A DNA stretch of 64,000 nucleotides from an uncultured Chloroflexia bacterium (GTDB lineage Bacteria > Chloroflexota > Limnocylindria > Limnocylindrales > CSP1-4). The stretch lies in the NCBI GenBank assembly GCA_963819655.1, contig CAWFXA010000002.1:1248001-1312000 (forward strand). Reading direction: 5' to 3'. Position 1 is the stretch's first letter. Each line of letters starts with the position of its first letter. Below are positions 39,137-48,511 of the stretch, piece after piece. The position numbers were made by a program, and so were the translations under genes. The notes under the pieces were generated by a model that searched no databases, was not told the origin of the DNA, and saw nothing but the letters and a program-made list of their open reading frames with translations.

Positions 39137-39565
39137 TCAGTGTCGGTGGGCCTCGGTCAGCTCGCGGAGACGGCCGGCCAGCCCCCGGAGGATCGCGAGC
39201 GCGACCGTGGGTTGCTCCTTCACGACGGCCTCGAAGTCCCAACTCGCGAGAGCCAGACAGACCACCGGCTCGTCCGCGATGACCTGGGCGATCCGCGGCT
39301 GACCGTCGAGGACGGACAGTTCCCCGAAGAAGTCGCCCGGGCCGAGCTTCGCGATAGTCTCGCCGTCCCGCACGACGCGCACGCTGCCAGTCGCCACGAG
39401 GAAGAATCCCGTCCCGACATCGCCCTGCCGGGCGATGACATGGTCCTTCGGGAACTCGACCTCCACGACCCGGCCGGCGATCCGCGCGATGCCCTCGGAA
39501 TCGACGCCCGCAAACAGCGGTGCGCGCGCCAGCAGGTCGGTCCGGTGGTCGTGGGTGAGCGTCAT
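39137..39565 (-). CDS. Stand-alone cyclic-nucleotide-binding protein
   Basis: GDFFGELSVLDGQPRIAQV canonical phosphate-binding cassette; no HTH; GGAG RBS. Confidence 0.92.
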   Translation of the reverse strand: MTLTHDHRTDLLARAPLFAGVDSEGIARIAGRVVEVEFPKDHVIARQGDVGTGFFLVATGSVRVVRDGETIAKLGPGDFFGELSVLDGQPRIAQVIADEPVVCLALASWDFEAVVKEQPTVALAILRGLAGRLRELTEAHRH

Positions 39566-39686
39566 CGCGGTCTCCATCGTGGATCGTGATGCTGCGCTGC
39601 GTGACGGCGGAGCGTCAAGGTCAAGCATGACCGGTCGATGACGCTGGCGCCTTCCGGAGGCGGCGCTCGCGTGGCACGATGCGCGC

Positions 39687-40109
39687 ATGGCTGACCGGGA
39701 TGAGCTGATCGACGCGATCTCCGGGTTCGGGCTGTTCTCCGACCTCACGGCGCCGCAGCTCGAGGCCATCATCCACATCTTCGATGAGCGGATGTTCGCC
39801 GAGGGCGAGACGATCCTGCATCAGGGCCTGTCGGGCTCGGGGTTCTACGTGATCGTCGACGGGGAGGCCGTGGTCACCATCGATGGCGCCGAGCGGGCGC
39901 GGCTCGGTCGGGGCGACTTCTTCGGCGAGGTGTCGATCCTGCTCGGCGTGCCATCGATCGCCGACGTGGTGGCCACGCGCCAGCTGTCGTGCCTCGTCCT
40001 CGCGGGGAGCCAGGTCGAGCCGTTCATGATCAGCCACCCCAAGGTCATGTTCCGGATGCTCCAGGCGCAGGCCCGGCGGCTCCGGGCGGCGAACCGATGG
40101 GGGGCGTGA
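39687..40109 (+). CDS. Stand-alone cyclic-nucleotide-binding-fold protein (cassette Arg replaced by Ser)
   Basis: GFYVIVDG, GDFFGEVSILLGVPSIADV. Confidence 0.9.
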   Translation: MADRDELIDAISGFGLFSDLTAPQLEAIIHIFDERMFAEGETILHQGLSGSGFYVIVDGEAVVTIDGAERARLGRGDFFGEVSILLGVPSIADVVATRQLSCLVLAGSQVEPFMISHPKVMFRMLQAQARRLRAANRWGA

Positions 40110-41641
40110 CCGAGCCGACGCGTCCGTTCCCGCCCGGGACGTATCCGGTCGTGGTCATCGGCTCCGGCCCTGGCGGCCTGCAGGCGTCGTACGCGCTCCG
40201 CCGGGAGGGTATCGCTCACGCCCTGATCTCCGAGGATCCGGCGCCGGGCGGGATGTTCCGGCGCTGGCCCCATTTCCAACGGCTGTTGTCGTGGACCAAG
40301 CCCCACGCCCCAGCCGAGCGGGGTTCGCGCGCGTACGAGCGTTACGACTGGAACAGTCTGCTAGCCGACGAGCCCGAGGCACGGGCGCTCCAGCCCGACC
40401 TGATGGATGGCACCTCGTACTTCCCGTCGCGCCCGGAGATGGAGGCGAACCTCGGCCGCTTCGCCGAACGGGCGCACATCGACGTCCGCTACGAGTGCCG
40501 GTGGACCGGCACGCGCCGGGTCGACGACCCCGACGGCCCGGGTTTCGTCGTGTCGACGACCGACGGCGACTACCGCGCCCAGGCCCTGGTCGTGGCGGTC
40601 GGCGTCGCCCAGCCGTTCTCGCCGCCGGGGATCGGCATGGAGCTGACGCACCACTACGCTGCGGTCCGGCCGGCGGAGTCGTATGCCGGGCATCGGGTGC
40701 TGATGCTGGGCAAGCAGAACTCGGGCTTCGAGCTGGCGAACGGCCTGCTGCCGTGGGCTCGCGAGATCGTGCTGGTGTCGCCGTCGCCGGCCAAGTTCTC
40801 CGTGCAGACTCGGTCACTGGCCGGCGTCCGGGCGCGCTACGTCCAGCCCTACGAGGACCACGTCCTCGGCGGCGGTGTCGCGGTGCTCGACGCAGCGCTT
40901 GACCGGATCGAGCGGACCGAAGGAGGCGATGGCAGCCTGACCGTCCGACTGCGACGAACCGACACCGGCGACGAGCTCGCGCTCGAGGTCGACGACGTCA
41001 TCTCGGCGACCGGGTTCGTCACGCCGATCCTGGACCTGCCCGAGATCGGCTGCTCGATCAGCGGCCGTGCCCGGTTGCCGCTCGTCACGCCGTGGTGGGA
41101 GAGCACGACCCTCCCCGGCGTGTACTTCGCCGGCACGATCGGGCAGGCCGCCAAGGGCTTGGTGAAGCACGGGGTGCCCGCGAATTCCGGTGCGGTTCAT
41201 GGCGCCCGCTATAACGCGGTCGTGCTGGCGCGCCGGATGGCCGAGGTCCGTTTCGGCAAGCAGATCGACCGGCCCCCGATCGCCCCGGACGCTCTCGCGA
41301 CGACCATCGCGACCGAGCTATCGATCGCGCCGGAGCTGTGGCACCAGCGCGCGTATCTCGCGCGCGTCTTCACGCTCGATCCGGATGCCGGGATCGTCGA
41401 CGACGGCGTCGAACCCTTGACCCACTTCCTCGACGCGGGCGGGTCGAACGCGATCGCGGTCACTCTCGAGGCCGACGGCACGGGGGCGATCTACCCGGTC
41501 CTGTACACGCGGATGGCGGGTGAGATCCGCGAGAGGAACATGGAGCCCGACCCGTTGCTCCGGTACGACCGTCCCGAGGCGCGGCGCGCGATCGCGGGGA
41601 TCGTCCGCGACGTGGTCCCCGCCGTCCCGAAGGCCGGCTGA
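40106..41641 (+). CDS. FAD/NAD(P)-dependent oxidoreductase, FOXRED2-like
   Basis: VIGSGPGGLQ, RYDWNSLL, YFPSRPEM, LGKQNSGFE, ISATGF, SGAVHGARYN; GTGA overlap with upstream gene. Confidence 0.85.
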   Translation: MTEPTRPFPPGTYPVVVIGSGPGGLQASYALRREGIAHALISEDPAPGGMFRRWPHFQRLLSWTKPHAPAERGSRAYERYDWNSLLADEPEARALQPDLMDGTSYFPSRPEMEANLGRFAERAHIDVRYECRWTGTRRVDDPDGPGFVVSTTDGDYRAQALVVAVGVAQPFSPPGIGMELTHHYAAVRPAESYAGHRVLMLGKQNSGFELANGLLPWAREIVLVSPSPAKFSVQTRSLAGVRARYVQPYEDHVLGGGVAVLDAALDRIERTEGGDGSLTVRLRRTDTGDELALEVDDVISATGFVTPILDLPEIGCSISGRARLPLVTPWWESTTLPGVYFAGTIGQAAKGLVKHGVPANSGAVHGARYNAVVLARRMAEVRFGKQIDRPPIAPDALATTIATELSIAPELWHQRAYLARVFTLDPDAGIVDDGVEPLTHFLDAGGSNAIAVTLEADGTGAIYPVLYTRMAGEIRERNMEPDPLLRYDRPEARRAIAGIVRDVVPAVPKAG

Positions 41642-41677
41642 GGCCGCATCAGGCCGGTCAGGCCGCATGAGGCCGCG

Positions 41678-42841
41678 TCAGGCCAGCCGCGCCAGGCGCT
41701 CCGCGGCCGCCTCGAGCGTCTCGATCCTCTTCGGGAACGCGAAGCGCAGCTTCGTCCGCCCGAGCTCCGGTCGCGAGAAGAACGAGGACCCAGGCACGGC
41801 CGCCACACCCGGATCGCGGATCAGGCGATGGGCGAACGTGACGTCGTCCTCGCCCTCCCTGGCGAGGTCGCGGATGTCGGTCATCACGTAGTACGCCCCG
41901 CGTGGCTCGTGGACGCGGAAACCTGCCTCCCGGAGAGCCGGCACCAGGAGGTCACGCCGTTCGCGGTAGCCGGCGAGCAGGTCGCGGTAGTACGCGTCGG
42001 GGAAGCACAGCGCGGTGACGGCCGCTGCCTGGAGCGGCGCGGCTGCGCCGACGGTGAGGAAGTCGTGGACGCGGCGGATGCCCAGGGACAGTTCGGGCGC
42101 GGCGATCGTCCAGCCGATCCGCCAGCCGGTGACGGAGTACGTCTTGGACATCGAATGGATGCTGACGGTCCGCTCGGCCATGCCGGGGAGCGTCGCGAGT
42201 GGGATGTGCTCCCCGTCGTAAACCAGGTGCTCGTAGATGTCGTCGGTGAAGGCGATGACGTCGTGCTCGACGCACAGGCCGGCGATGAGCTCGAGCTCCG
42301 CGCGGGAGAACACCTTGCCGGTCGGGTTGTGCGGGGAATTGACGACGATCCCGCGCGTGCGTGGCCCGAACGCCCGGCGCAACTCGTCAGGATCGATCGA
42401 CCAGTCCGGCTCGTGCAGTGTGACGTAACTCGGGACGGCGCCCGACAGGATCGCGTCGGGTGCGTAGTTCTCGTAGTACGGCTCGAAGATCACGACCTCG
42501 TCGCCCGGGTCGAGCAGGCCGAGCATCGCGGCGATCATGGCCTCGGTCGCCCCACACGTCACGGTGACCTGTGTCTCGGGGTCGATGGCACCGAAGCCCG
42601 GGAAATGGCGCGGCGTCGACTCGGCGATCGCGTCGCGCAGCGGCTTCGAGCCCCAGGTGATCGCGTACTGGTTGATGTCGGCGTCGACGGCTTCGGCGAC
42701 GGCCCGCTTGAGCTCCGGCGGACACGCGAAGTCGGGAAAGCCTTGCGCCAGGCTGACCGCGCCGTGCGCGACGGCGACGCGGTTCATCTCGCGGATGACC
42801 GACTCGGTGAATGACTCGGCCTTCCGGCTGATGCGCAGCAC
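41678..42841 (-). CDS. Class I/II PLP aminotransferase (YbdL-like)
   Basis: SLAQGFPDF, NQY, TCGATEA, NSPHNPTGKVF, SMSKTYSVTGWRIG. Confidence 0.93.
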   Translation of the reverse strand: MLRISRKAESFTESVIREMNRVAVAHGAVSLAQGFPDFACPPELKRAVAEAVDADINQYAITWGSKPLRDAIAESTPRHFPGFGAIDPETQVTVTCGATEAMIAAMLGLLDPGDEVVIFEPYYENYAPDAILSGAVPSYVTLHEPDWSIDPDELRRAFGPRTRGIVVNSPHNPTGKVFSRAELELIAGLCVEHDVIAFTDDIYEHLVYDGEHIPLATLPGMAERTVSIHSMSKTYSVTGWRIGWTIAAPELSLGIRRVHDFLTVGAAAPLQAAAVTALCFPDAYYRDLLAGYRERRDLLVPALREAGFRVHEPRGAYYVMTDIRDLAREGEDDVTFAHRLIRDPGVAAVPGSSFFSRPELGRTKLRFAFPKRIETLEAAAERLARLA

Positions 42842-42879
42842 GGGGGCAGTCTAGCGGTCGCCCACCGCCGACCTAGTCC

Positions 42880-43338
42880 TCAGCTCACCGCCTTCTTCAC
42901 GAGCGCGCCGATCCGCTTCTCGTCGGCGGCGGTCAACCTGGTCAGGGCGAACGATGTCGGCCACATCGTGCCGTCGTCAAGGTTCGCGTCGTCGTTGAAG
43001 CCGAGCGTCGCGTATCGCGTCTTGAACTTATCCGCGCTTGTGAAGAAGCAGATGATCTTGCCGTCCTTGGCATATCCGGGCATCCCGTACCAGGTCTTCG
43101 GCGAGATGGCCGGTGCGCTGGCCGTGACGATCGCATGGAGCCGCTCGGCGATGACCCGATCCGGTTCGGGCATCTCGGCGATCTTCGCGAGCACGGCTTT
43201 TTCGTCATCCGCCTTGCTCGCGTTCGCCTTCAGCTCTTTGGCCCGCTCCTTCATCGCGTCTCGTTCCTCGTCCGAGAATCTCTTGGACGTCTTGCCGTTC
43301 GCAGCTGTGGTCTTGGGGGACTTCTGGGCGGCGTTCAT
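42880..43338 (-). CDS. DUF1801 (YdhG-like) protein
   Basis: [45 protein letters not shown]; GGAGG RBS. Confidence 0.85.
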   Translation of the reverse strand: MNAAQKSPKTTAANGKTSKRFSDEERDAMKERAKELKANASKADDEKAVLAKIAEMPEPDRVIAERLHAIVTASAPAISPKTWYGMPGYAKDGKIICFFTSADKFKTRYATLGFNDDANLDDGTMWPTSFALTRLTAADEKRIGALVKKAVS

Positions 43339-43433
43339 GGCAGGTTCCTCCGAAGGTGTCGTGGTGGGGACGACCCCCATGCTACGGGAGCCGTCGCGGC
43401 AGCTGCTTCTCCGAAACTGCTCGGTCGTGCCAG

Positions 43434-44390
43434 TCACAGGGCGTCGAAGAACTCCGTGAGGTGTCGCTCGTATTCCAGGGGCTCGAGCCACATCGCCTCC
43501 GTGTGGGCGGCACCCTGCACGATCCATGACGCCATGTCGACATCGGCGGCCCGGGACGCGGCGATCAGCGCCGACGAGTAGTCGACGCTCAGGCGTCCGT
43601 CGTCGGCGCCGTGCGTGATGAAGAGCCGACGGCCCGTCATCCGGCCGACCGCCGCGAGCGGGCTGCGTGTCGTCAGGTCGTCGCCGCTCAGCATCCGGGC
43701 CATCGCCAGGCCACCGGCCTCGAGGAACTGCGGGTAGCCGTTGCGGGTCAGCTCGGCCCGGATGGCGACGCCGATATCGGCGTAGCTCGAGTCCTCCCAG
43801 GTCGCCGCGACCCGCTGTTCCTCCCCGCTCGCGATGAGGACCGTCGCGGCGCCGAGCGAGATCCCCAGCAGGCCGATCCGCTCCTCGGGGATCGACCGGG
43901 CCGACTGGAGCCAATCCCATGCGCCGAGCACGTCGCGGTACTCCTCGGTTCCGCCCGCATAGCGACCATCCTCGTCGGTGGAGTCGCCGTGATCGCGCAG
44001 ATCGATCAGAAGGACCGAGAACCCATTCCGCTGCAGCATGCCGGCCGGGAGCAGGACGTCGTGGTCCCGCTTGCAGGCCGTATGCCCGTGGACGACGACG
44101 ATGGCCGGCGCATCAGGCTCCGCTGACGGGATCCACCAGCCACTGATCGTGATCCCCGTGTCGCGACTCGGGAAGCTGACATCCTCGGGATCGGGCATGG
44201 CATATGCCGCGGTGTCCACGTCGGGGTGGTCAGGATCGCTGAAGGTCGTCGGGTCGTTCGCCGCCCACTCCGGGTGGCAGTTCCCGTCCACCCTGGTCAG
44301 CCGGTCCCAGACGACCGCGCTGGCGGTCCCGTAGCCGAACACGACGACCACGACCACGGCGATGGCGAGGATGATGAGAGCGCGTCGCAC
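43434..44390 (-). CDS. Membrane-anchored alpha/beta hydrolase
   Basis: N-terminal TM helix, [17 protein letters not shown] nucleophile elbow, HGADD, GAAH. Confidence 0.9.
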   Translation of the reverse strand: MRRALIILAIAVVVVVVFGYGTASAVVWDRLTRVDGNCHPEWAANDPTTFSDPDHPDVDTAAYAMPDPEDVSFPSRDTGITISGWWIPSAEPDAPAIVVVHGHTACKRDHDVLLPAGMLQRNGFSVLLIDLRDHGDSTDEDGRYAGGTEEYRDVLGAWDWLQSARSIPEERIGLLGISLGAATVLIASGEEQRVAATWEDSSYADIGVAIRAELTRNGYPQFLEAGGLAMARMLSGDDLTTRSPLAAVGRMTGRRLFITHGADDGRLSVDYSSALIAASRAADVDMASWIVQGAAHTEAMWLEPLEYERHLTEFFDAL

Positions 44391-44429
44391 GGGTGCGACG
44401 GTACGCCGCCAGCGTCAGACGGGCTCGCG

Positions 44430-46550
44430 TCAGACCAGCTGGCGCGGCATCGTTTCGTGCCAGTCGCGCTCGAAGAACCGGACGCCATCGACATCGACCT
44501 CGAGCCGGATCGCCAGGTCGAAGTCGGAGACCGTGCTGGTCTGCCGGGAGACGGCCCTGATCTCGATCTGGGTCAGGGCTCCCGGTCGGTCGGGATCGTC
44601 GCGCTCCTGCCAGCGGTAGACCACATCGGCATCGAGCTCGGCGCGCGCCGGCTCACGGTCCCACGCGGTCATGGTGAGCGTCTCGGCCGCGTACAGCCGG
44701 CGGCCATCCGGGACGACGTCCTCGCCGCCATCGTGGATCCGAACCGTGACCGAGCCGGTGAGGACGTCTTCCTCGATGCGCCATGCCGGCGGGTCGGTGA
44801 TGGCCGGGCCGCGTCCGTCGGCTGCCTCGGCGACCGGCCAGCGCAGCTCCGGGGGCTCGCGACGGAATGCCGGCACGGGCGCGTCACCTGCTCCGCCGGC
44901 CGGTGGGATGACCGGCAGTTCGAGGCGCGATGGTGTCGAGCCAGCGCGGTGGAGTGCGAACGACGCCGGATACGGCGACGGCCACAGCACCGGCCACAGC
45001 GACGACGCGATCGCGACGCGCACCCGATGCCCGGGCAGCCACCGGTATCCGGCTGTGCGCAGCGGGATCCGCACCTCCTCGACGACGCCGGGCCGGACGG
45101 CCAGCGGCGCATCGTGCGAGTGCCGGTGGGTGAGGTTCAGCACCCCGGCACTCACCAGCGCGGATGTGCCGTCCGGCGCGACGTCGGACAGGCGGACGGA
45201 CAGCGTGGCGACCGGCGCGTCGACCTGGACGTGCACGACGACGATCGGGACGCCGAGCACCTCGAGAGCCTCGTCCAGCGGTTCGGATGTGTAGGTCGGA
45301 CCGGCGGCCTCGTCCGGTCGGAGGTCGCGGGCGAGGCCGTTCGGGGATCCTCCGGCTCCCCATGACAGCGGGCCGCGCGTGCCGGTCGTCGGTCGGTGGC
45401 GGAATGTGTCGACCCCAGGCTCGCCGTCGAGGGTCTCGCTCAACACCCCGGCCCCGAAGCGCCAGGCGCGGGTGGCCATGCCCGGATGGGGATACGCCGG
45501 GGCCGCCCGCCAGCGGCCCGGCAGGGATGCCGGGAACGGCTCCGGTTCCGCGTACTCGTGCTCGAACCACACGATCGGCGGCTCGTCGTCCCATCCGTTG
45601 TCGACACCGTTGAGATGCCGATCGAAGAACCGGGCGATCTCGTGCAGCTCGTCGAGATTCGGCCCCGGCGACGCCGAATGCGGCCATGAGTGCACCCAGT
45701 TCCCGATCAGCGTGTGCGAGGGGGCCGGGCACAGCGCCTGCATCCGGAACGCCGGGTCGACGTACGAGTCGTGCCACCCGCCGACGTTGAAGATCGCCGC
45801 CTCGATCGCGTCGTAGGCCGGAGCGAGGGACCCCTGCCGCCAGTACGGCCCGTCGGCCTGGTGCCGCAGCCAGCTGAACAGCCACGGCGGTGTCGCGTCG
45901 AGCCGGGCACGCCATTCGTCGCGCCAGGCCGAGCCGCGGTACGACGCATCCGGGGGCATCGCATTCATCGCGACCTGGCTGACCGCGTACTGCGACAGCT
46001 CGCTGACGGTCACGCACCCGCCGCGGTAGTGGACGTCGTCGAGATAGCGGTCGTCGGTCGCCATGACCGGCACGATCGCGCGCAGGTGGGGCGGCCGGAG
46101 CGCCGCGACCTGGATCGACGTGAACCCGCCATACGAGATGCCCCACATCCCGACCGAGCCGCTGCACCACGGCTGGGACGCGAGCCATTCCACCGCGTCG
46201 TACCCGTCCCGTGTCTCGTCGGCTGTGTATTCGTCGAGCGCGACACCGCCCGATGACCCCGTCCCGCGAACGTCGACCCGGCAGAGCGCGAAACCACGGG
46301 CGGCGAGCCACTCGCCGCGCGTGACGTCCGCCGCCCGGCGCCAGTTGTCCTTGCCGTACGGGATCATCTCGAGGATCGCCGGGAACCGGCCGGCGTTCTC
46401 GCCGACCGCATCGCCGACGTCCTCGCCGGGATGCGGAGTGGGCCGCCAGATGTTGGCGGACAGCTCAACGCCGTCGCGCACGACGATGCGCGCGTCCCAG
46501 GCGACCGCGACGTCGAAGCGTGGCTCTGGCGCGGGACGCAGATCGGTCAC
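44430..46550 (-). CDS. CocE/NonD family hydrolase (peptidase S15-like)
   Basis: RDGVELSA, PYGK, DVRGTGSSGG, GISYGG, GGWHDSY, GNWVH, SSLWP. Confidence 0.92.
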   Translation of the reverse strand: MTDLRPAPEPRFDVAVAWDARIVVRDGVELSANIWRPTPHPGEDVGDAVGENAGRFPAILEMIPYGKDNWRRAADVTRGEWLAARGFALCRVDVRGTGSSGGVALDEYTADETRDGYDAVEWLASQPWCSGSVGMWGISYGGFTSIQVAALRPPHLRAIVPVMATDDRYLDDVHYRGGCVTVSELSQYAVSQVAMNAMPPDASYRGSAWRDEWRARLDATPPWLFSWLRHQADGPYWRQGSLAPAYDAIEAAIFNVGGWHDSYVDPAFRMQALCPAPSHTLIGNWVHSWPHSASPGPNLDELHEIARFFDRHLNGVDNGWDDEPPIVWFEHEYAEPEPFPASLPGRWRAAPAYPHPGMATRAWRFGAGVLSETLDGEPGVDTFRHRPTTGTRGPLSWGAGGSPNGLARDLRPDEAAGPTYTSEPLDEALEVLGVPIVVVHVQVDAPVATLSVRLSDVAPDGTSALVSAGVLNLTHRHSHDAPLAVRPGVVEEVRIPLRTAGYRWLPGHRVRVAIASSLWPVLWPSPYPASFALHRAGSTPSRLELPVIPPAGGAGDAPVPAFRREPPELRWPVAEAADGRGPAITDPPAWRIEEDVLTGSVTVRIHDGGEDVVPDGRRLYAAETLTMTAWDREPARAELDADVVYRWQERDDPDRPGALTQIEIRAVSRQTSTVSDFDLAIRLEVDVDGVRFFERDWHETMPRQLV

Positions 46551-46617
46551 GGCGCGAGTCTACGAGGCGCCCCGGACGCCCCGACGACGCCGCTCGCGCC
46601 GTGCGACGATGCCGAGC

Positions 46618-47166
46618 ATGGACGGTCGGTTCGTGCGCAATTCCCGGCGGCTCGCATACGAGAACCCGTGGATCACCGTGTGGCACGACGAGGTGACGCG
46701 ACCGGATGGCAGCCCCGGCATCTACGGCGTCGTCCATTTCGAGAATCTCGCCGCGGGGGTCGTGGCATTCGACGATGAAGGCCGCATCGTCCTGGTCGGC
46801 CAGCACCGCTACACCCTCGATCGATATTCGTGGGAGATCCCGGAGGGCGGGGTGTCACCACGGGAGACCGCGCTCGCCGGCATCCAACGCGAGCTGCGTG
46901 AGGAGACTGGCCTCGAAGCCACCGACTGGCGCGAGCTGGGCCGGTTCGACCTGTCCAACTCCGTGACCGACGAGCAGGCGGTGCTCTTCGTGGCTTCTGG
47001 TCTCCGCCACGGCGTTGCCTCGCCGGAACCGACCGAATCGATCGCCCTCCGCTGGGTGCCCTTCGACGAAGCGCTTGCGATGACCATGGACGGGCGGATC
47101 ACCGACATGATGAGCGTCGTCGCGATCCAGCGACTGGCTCTCGAGCGCGCGGACGGCACACAATGA
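46618..47166 (+). CDS. NUDIX hydrolase (ADP-ribose pyrophosphatase-like)
   Basis: Nudix box WEIPEGG..RELREETGL; YENPWI. Confidence 0.92.
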   Translation: MDGRFVRNSRRLAYENPWITVWHDEVTRPDGSPGIYGVVHFENLAAGVVAFDDEGRIVLVGQHRYTLDRYSWEIPEGGVSPRETALAGIQRELREETGLEATDWRELGRFDLSNSVTDEQAVLFVASGLRHGVASPEPTESIALRWVPFDEALAMTMDGRITDMMSVVAIQRLALERADGTQ

Positions 47167-48338
47167 AGCGACGGGACTGGAACGTCATCGTCGTCGGGCT
47201 CGGAGCGTTCGGATCGGCTGCAGCCTACTGGGCGTCGACGCGGCCTGGCGTCCGTGTCCTCGGCCTCGAGCGCTTCGAGCTCGGCCATGCGAACGGCGCC
47301 TCGGCCGATCACAGCCGGATCATCCGCCTGTCCTACCACCGCCCCGACTACGTGCGGCTCGCCAAGCGCGCGTACGAGACGTGGGCTGCCGTGGAGGCCG
47401 AGGCGGACGAGCGGATCGTGACGGTGACCGGCGGACTCGACCTGTGGCCGGCCGATCCGGCCATCCCGCAGATCGACTACACCGGCAGCCTTGCCGCCGA
47501 GGCTGTCCCGTTCGAGCTCCTCGGCGCCGGCGAGATCATGCGTCGCTGGCCTGCCTGGCGGCTGACCGACGACGTCACCGGTGTGTGGCAGGAGCAGGGC
47601 GGGATCGCCGACCCGAACCGCGGGAACGCCGCTCACCGGCGGCTCGCCACGTCGCGGGGCGCGACTCTGGTCGAGCGGGCGCCGGTCGATGCGATCCGGG
47701 AGGTCGGCGGAGCGTACGAGGTCGATGCCGGTGGCACGACGTACGGCGCGGGCCGCGTGGTCATCACGGCGGACGCCTGGACCAACGAGTTGCTCGCGAA
47801 CTTCGACCGGCGGCTGCCGCTGACCGTCACGAAGGAGCAGGTCACCTACTTCGCCACACCCGACCCCGCGCATTTCGCCCCCGACCGTTTCCCGGTCTGG
47901 ATCTGGATGGACGACCCGTCGTTCTACGGGTTCCCGATCTACGGCGAGCCCGGCCCGAAGGTCGCCCAGGACTGCGGTGGCCAGCCGACGACTCCCGACA
48001 CGCGGACGTTCGAGCCGGACGAGGCCATCCAGTCCCGCGTCCACGCGTTCCTCGCGGACCATCTCCCCGGAGCTATCGGACCGGACATCTACACCAAGAC
48101 CTGCCTCTACACGATGACCCCCGAGCGCGACTTCGTCGTCGACCGACTGCCCGATTCCACGGGCGTCGTCGTGGGGCTGGGTGCCGCGCACGGGTTCAAG
48201 TTCGCGTCGGTCATGGGCCGGATCCTCGTCGAGCTCGCGCTCGACGGCGCGAGCTCATCGGCCGGCGAATTGGGGGCGTTCCGGATCGACCGCCCATCGC
48301 TTCTCGCCGCCGACCCGCCGCTGCGGCCACTCGTCTAG
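47163..48338 (+). CDS. solA: Monomeric sarcosine oxidase / N-methyltryptophan oxidase
   Basis: VVGLGAFGSAAAY, GASADHSRIIR, CLYTMTP (covalent FAD Cys), HGFKFASVMG. Confidence 0.85.
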   Translation: MKRRDWNVIVVGLGAFGSAAAYWASTRPGVRVLGLERFELGHANGASADHSRIIRLSYHRPDYVRLAKRAYETWAAVEAEADERIVTVTGGLDLWPADPAIPQIDYTGSLAAEAVPFELLGAGEIMRRWPAWRLTDDVTGVWQEQGGIADPNRGNAAHRRLATSRGATLVERAPVDAIREVGGAYEVDAGGTTYGAGRVVITADAWTNELLANFDRRLPLTVTKEQVTYFATPDPAHFAPDRFPVWIWMDDPSFYGFPIYGEPGPKVAQDCGGQPTTPDTRTFEPDEAIQSRVHAFLADHLPGAIGPDIYTKTCLYTMTPERDFVVDRLPDSTGVVVGLGAAHGFKFASVMGRILVELALDGASSSAGELGAFRIDRPSLLAADPPLRPLV

Positions 48339-48511
48339 GCAGTTCCCAGGGCACATCCGGGGCGGTTGCGGGCGCGTCCCGCGGACCCTTTCCTTGCACC
48401 CGAAGGCGGCGTGTGCGACGGTACCGCCCACTTCGGCCGGAGACGGCTGGGGAACGGTGACGTTGCGACGGTCCGCGGGGAGGGCAACGGATCGTCCTGG
48501 AGGAGGAGTCG

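Noticed and set aside
41641-41684. AGGCCGCATC-like 9-10 bp tandem repeat between convergent genes
   Set aside because: Short, degenerate, GC-rich slippage repeat with no evident function.
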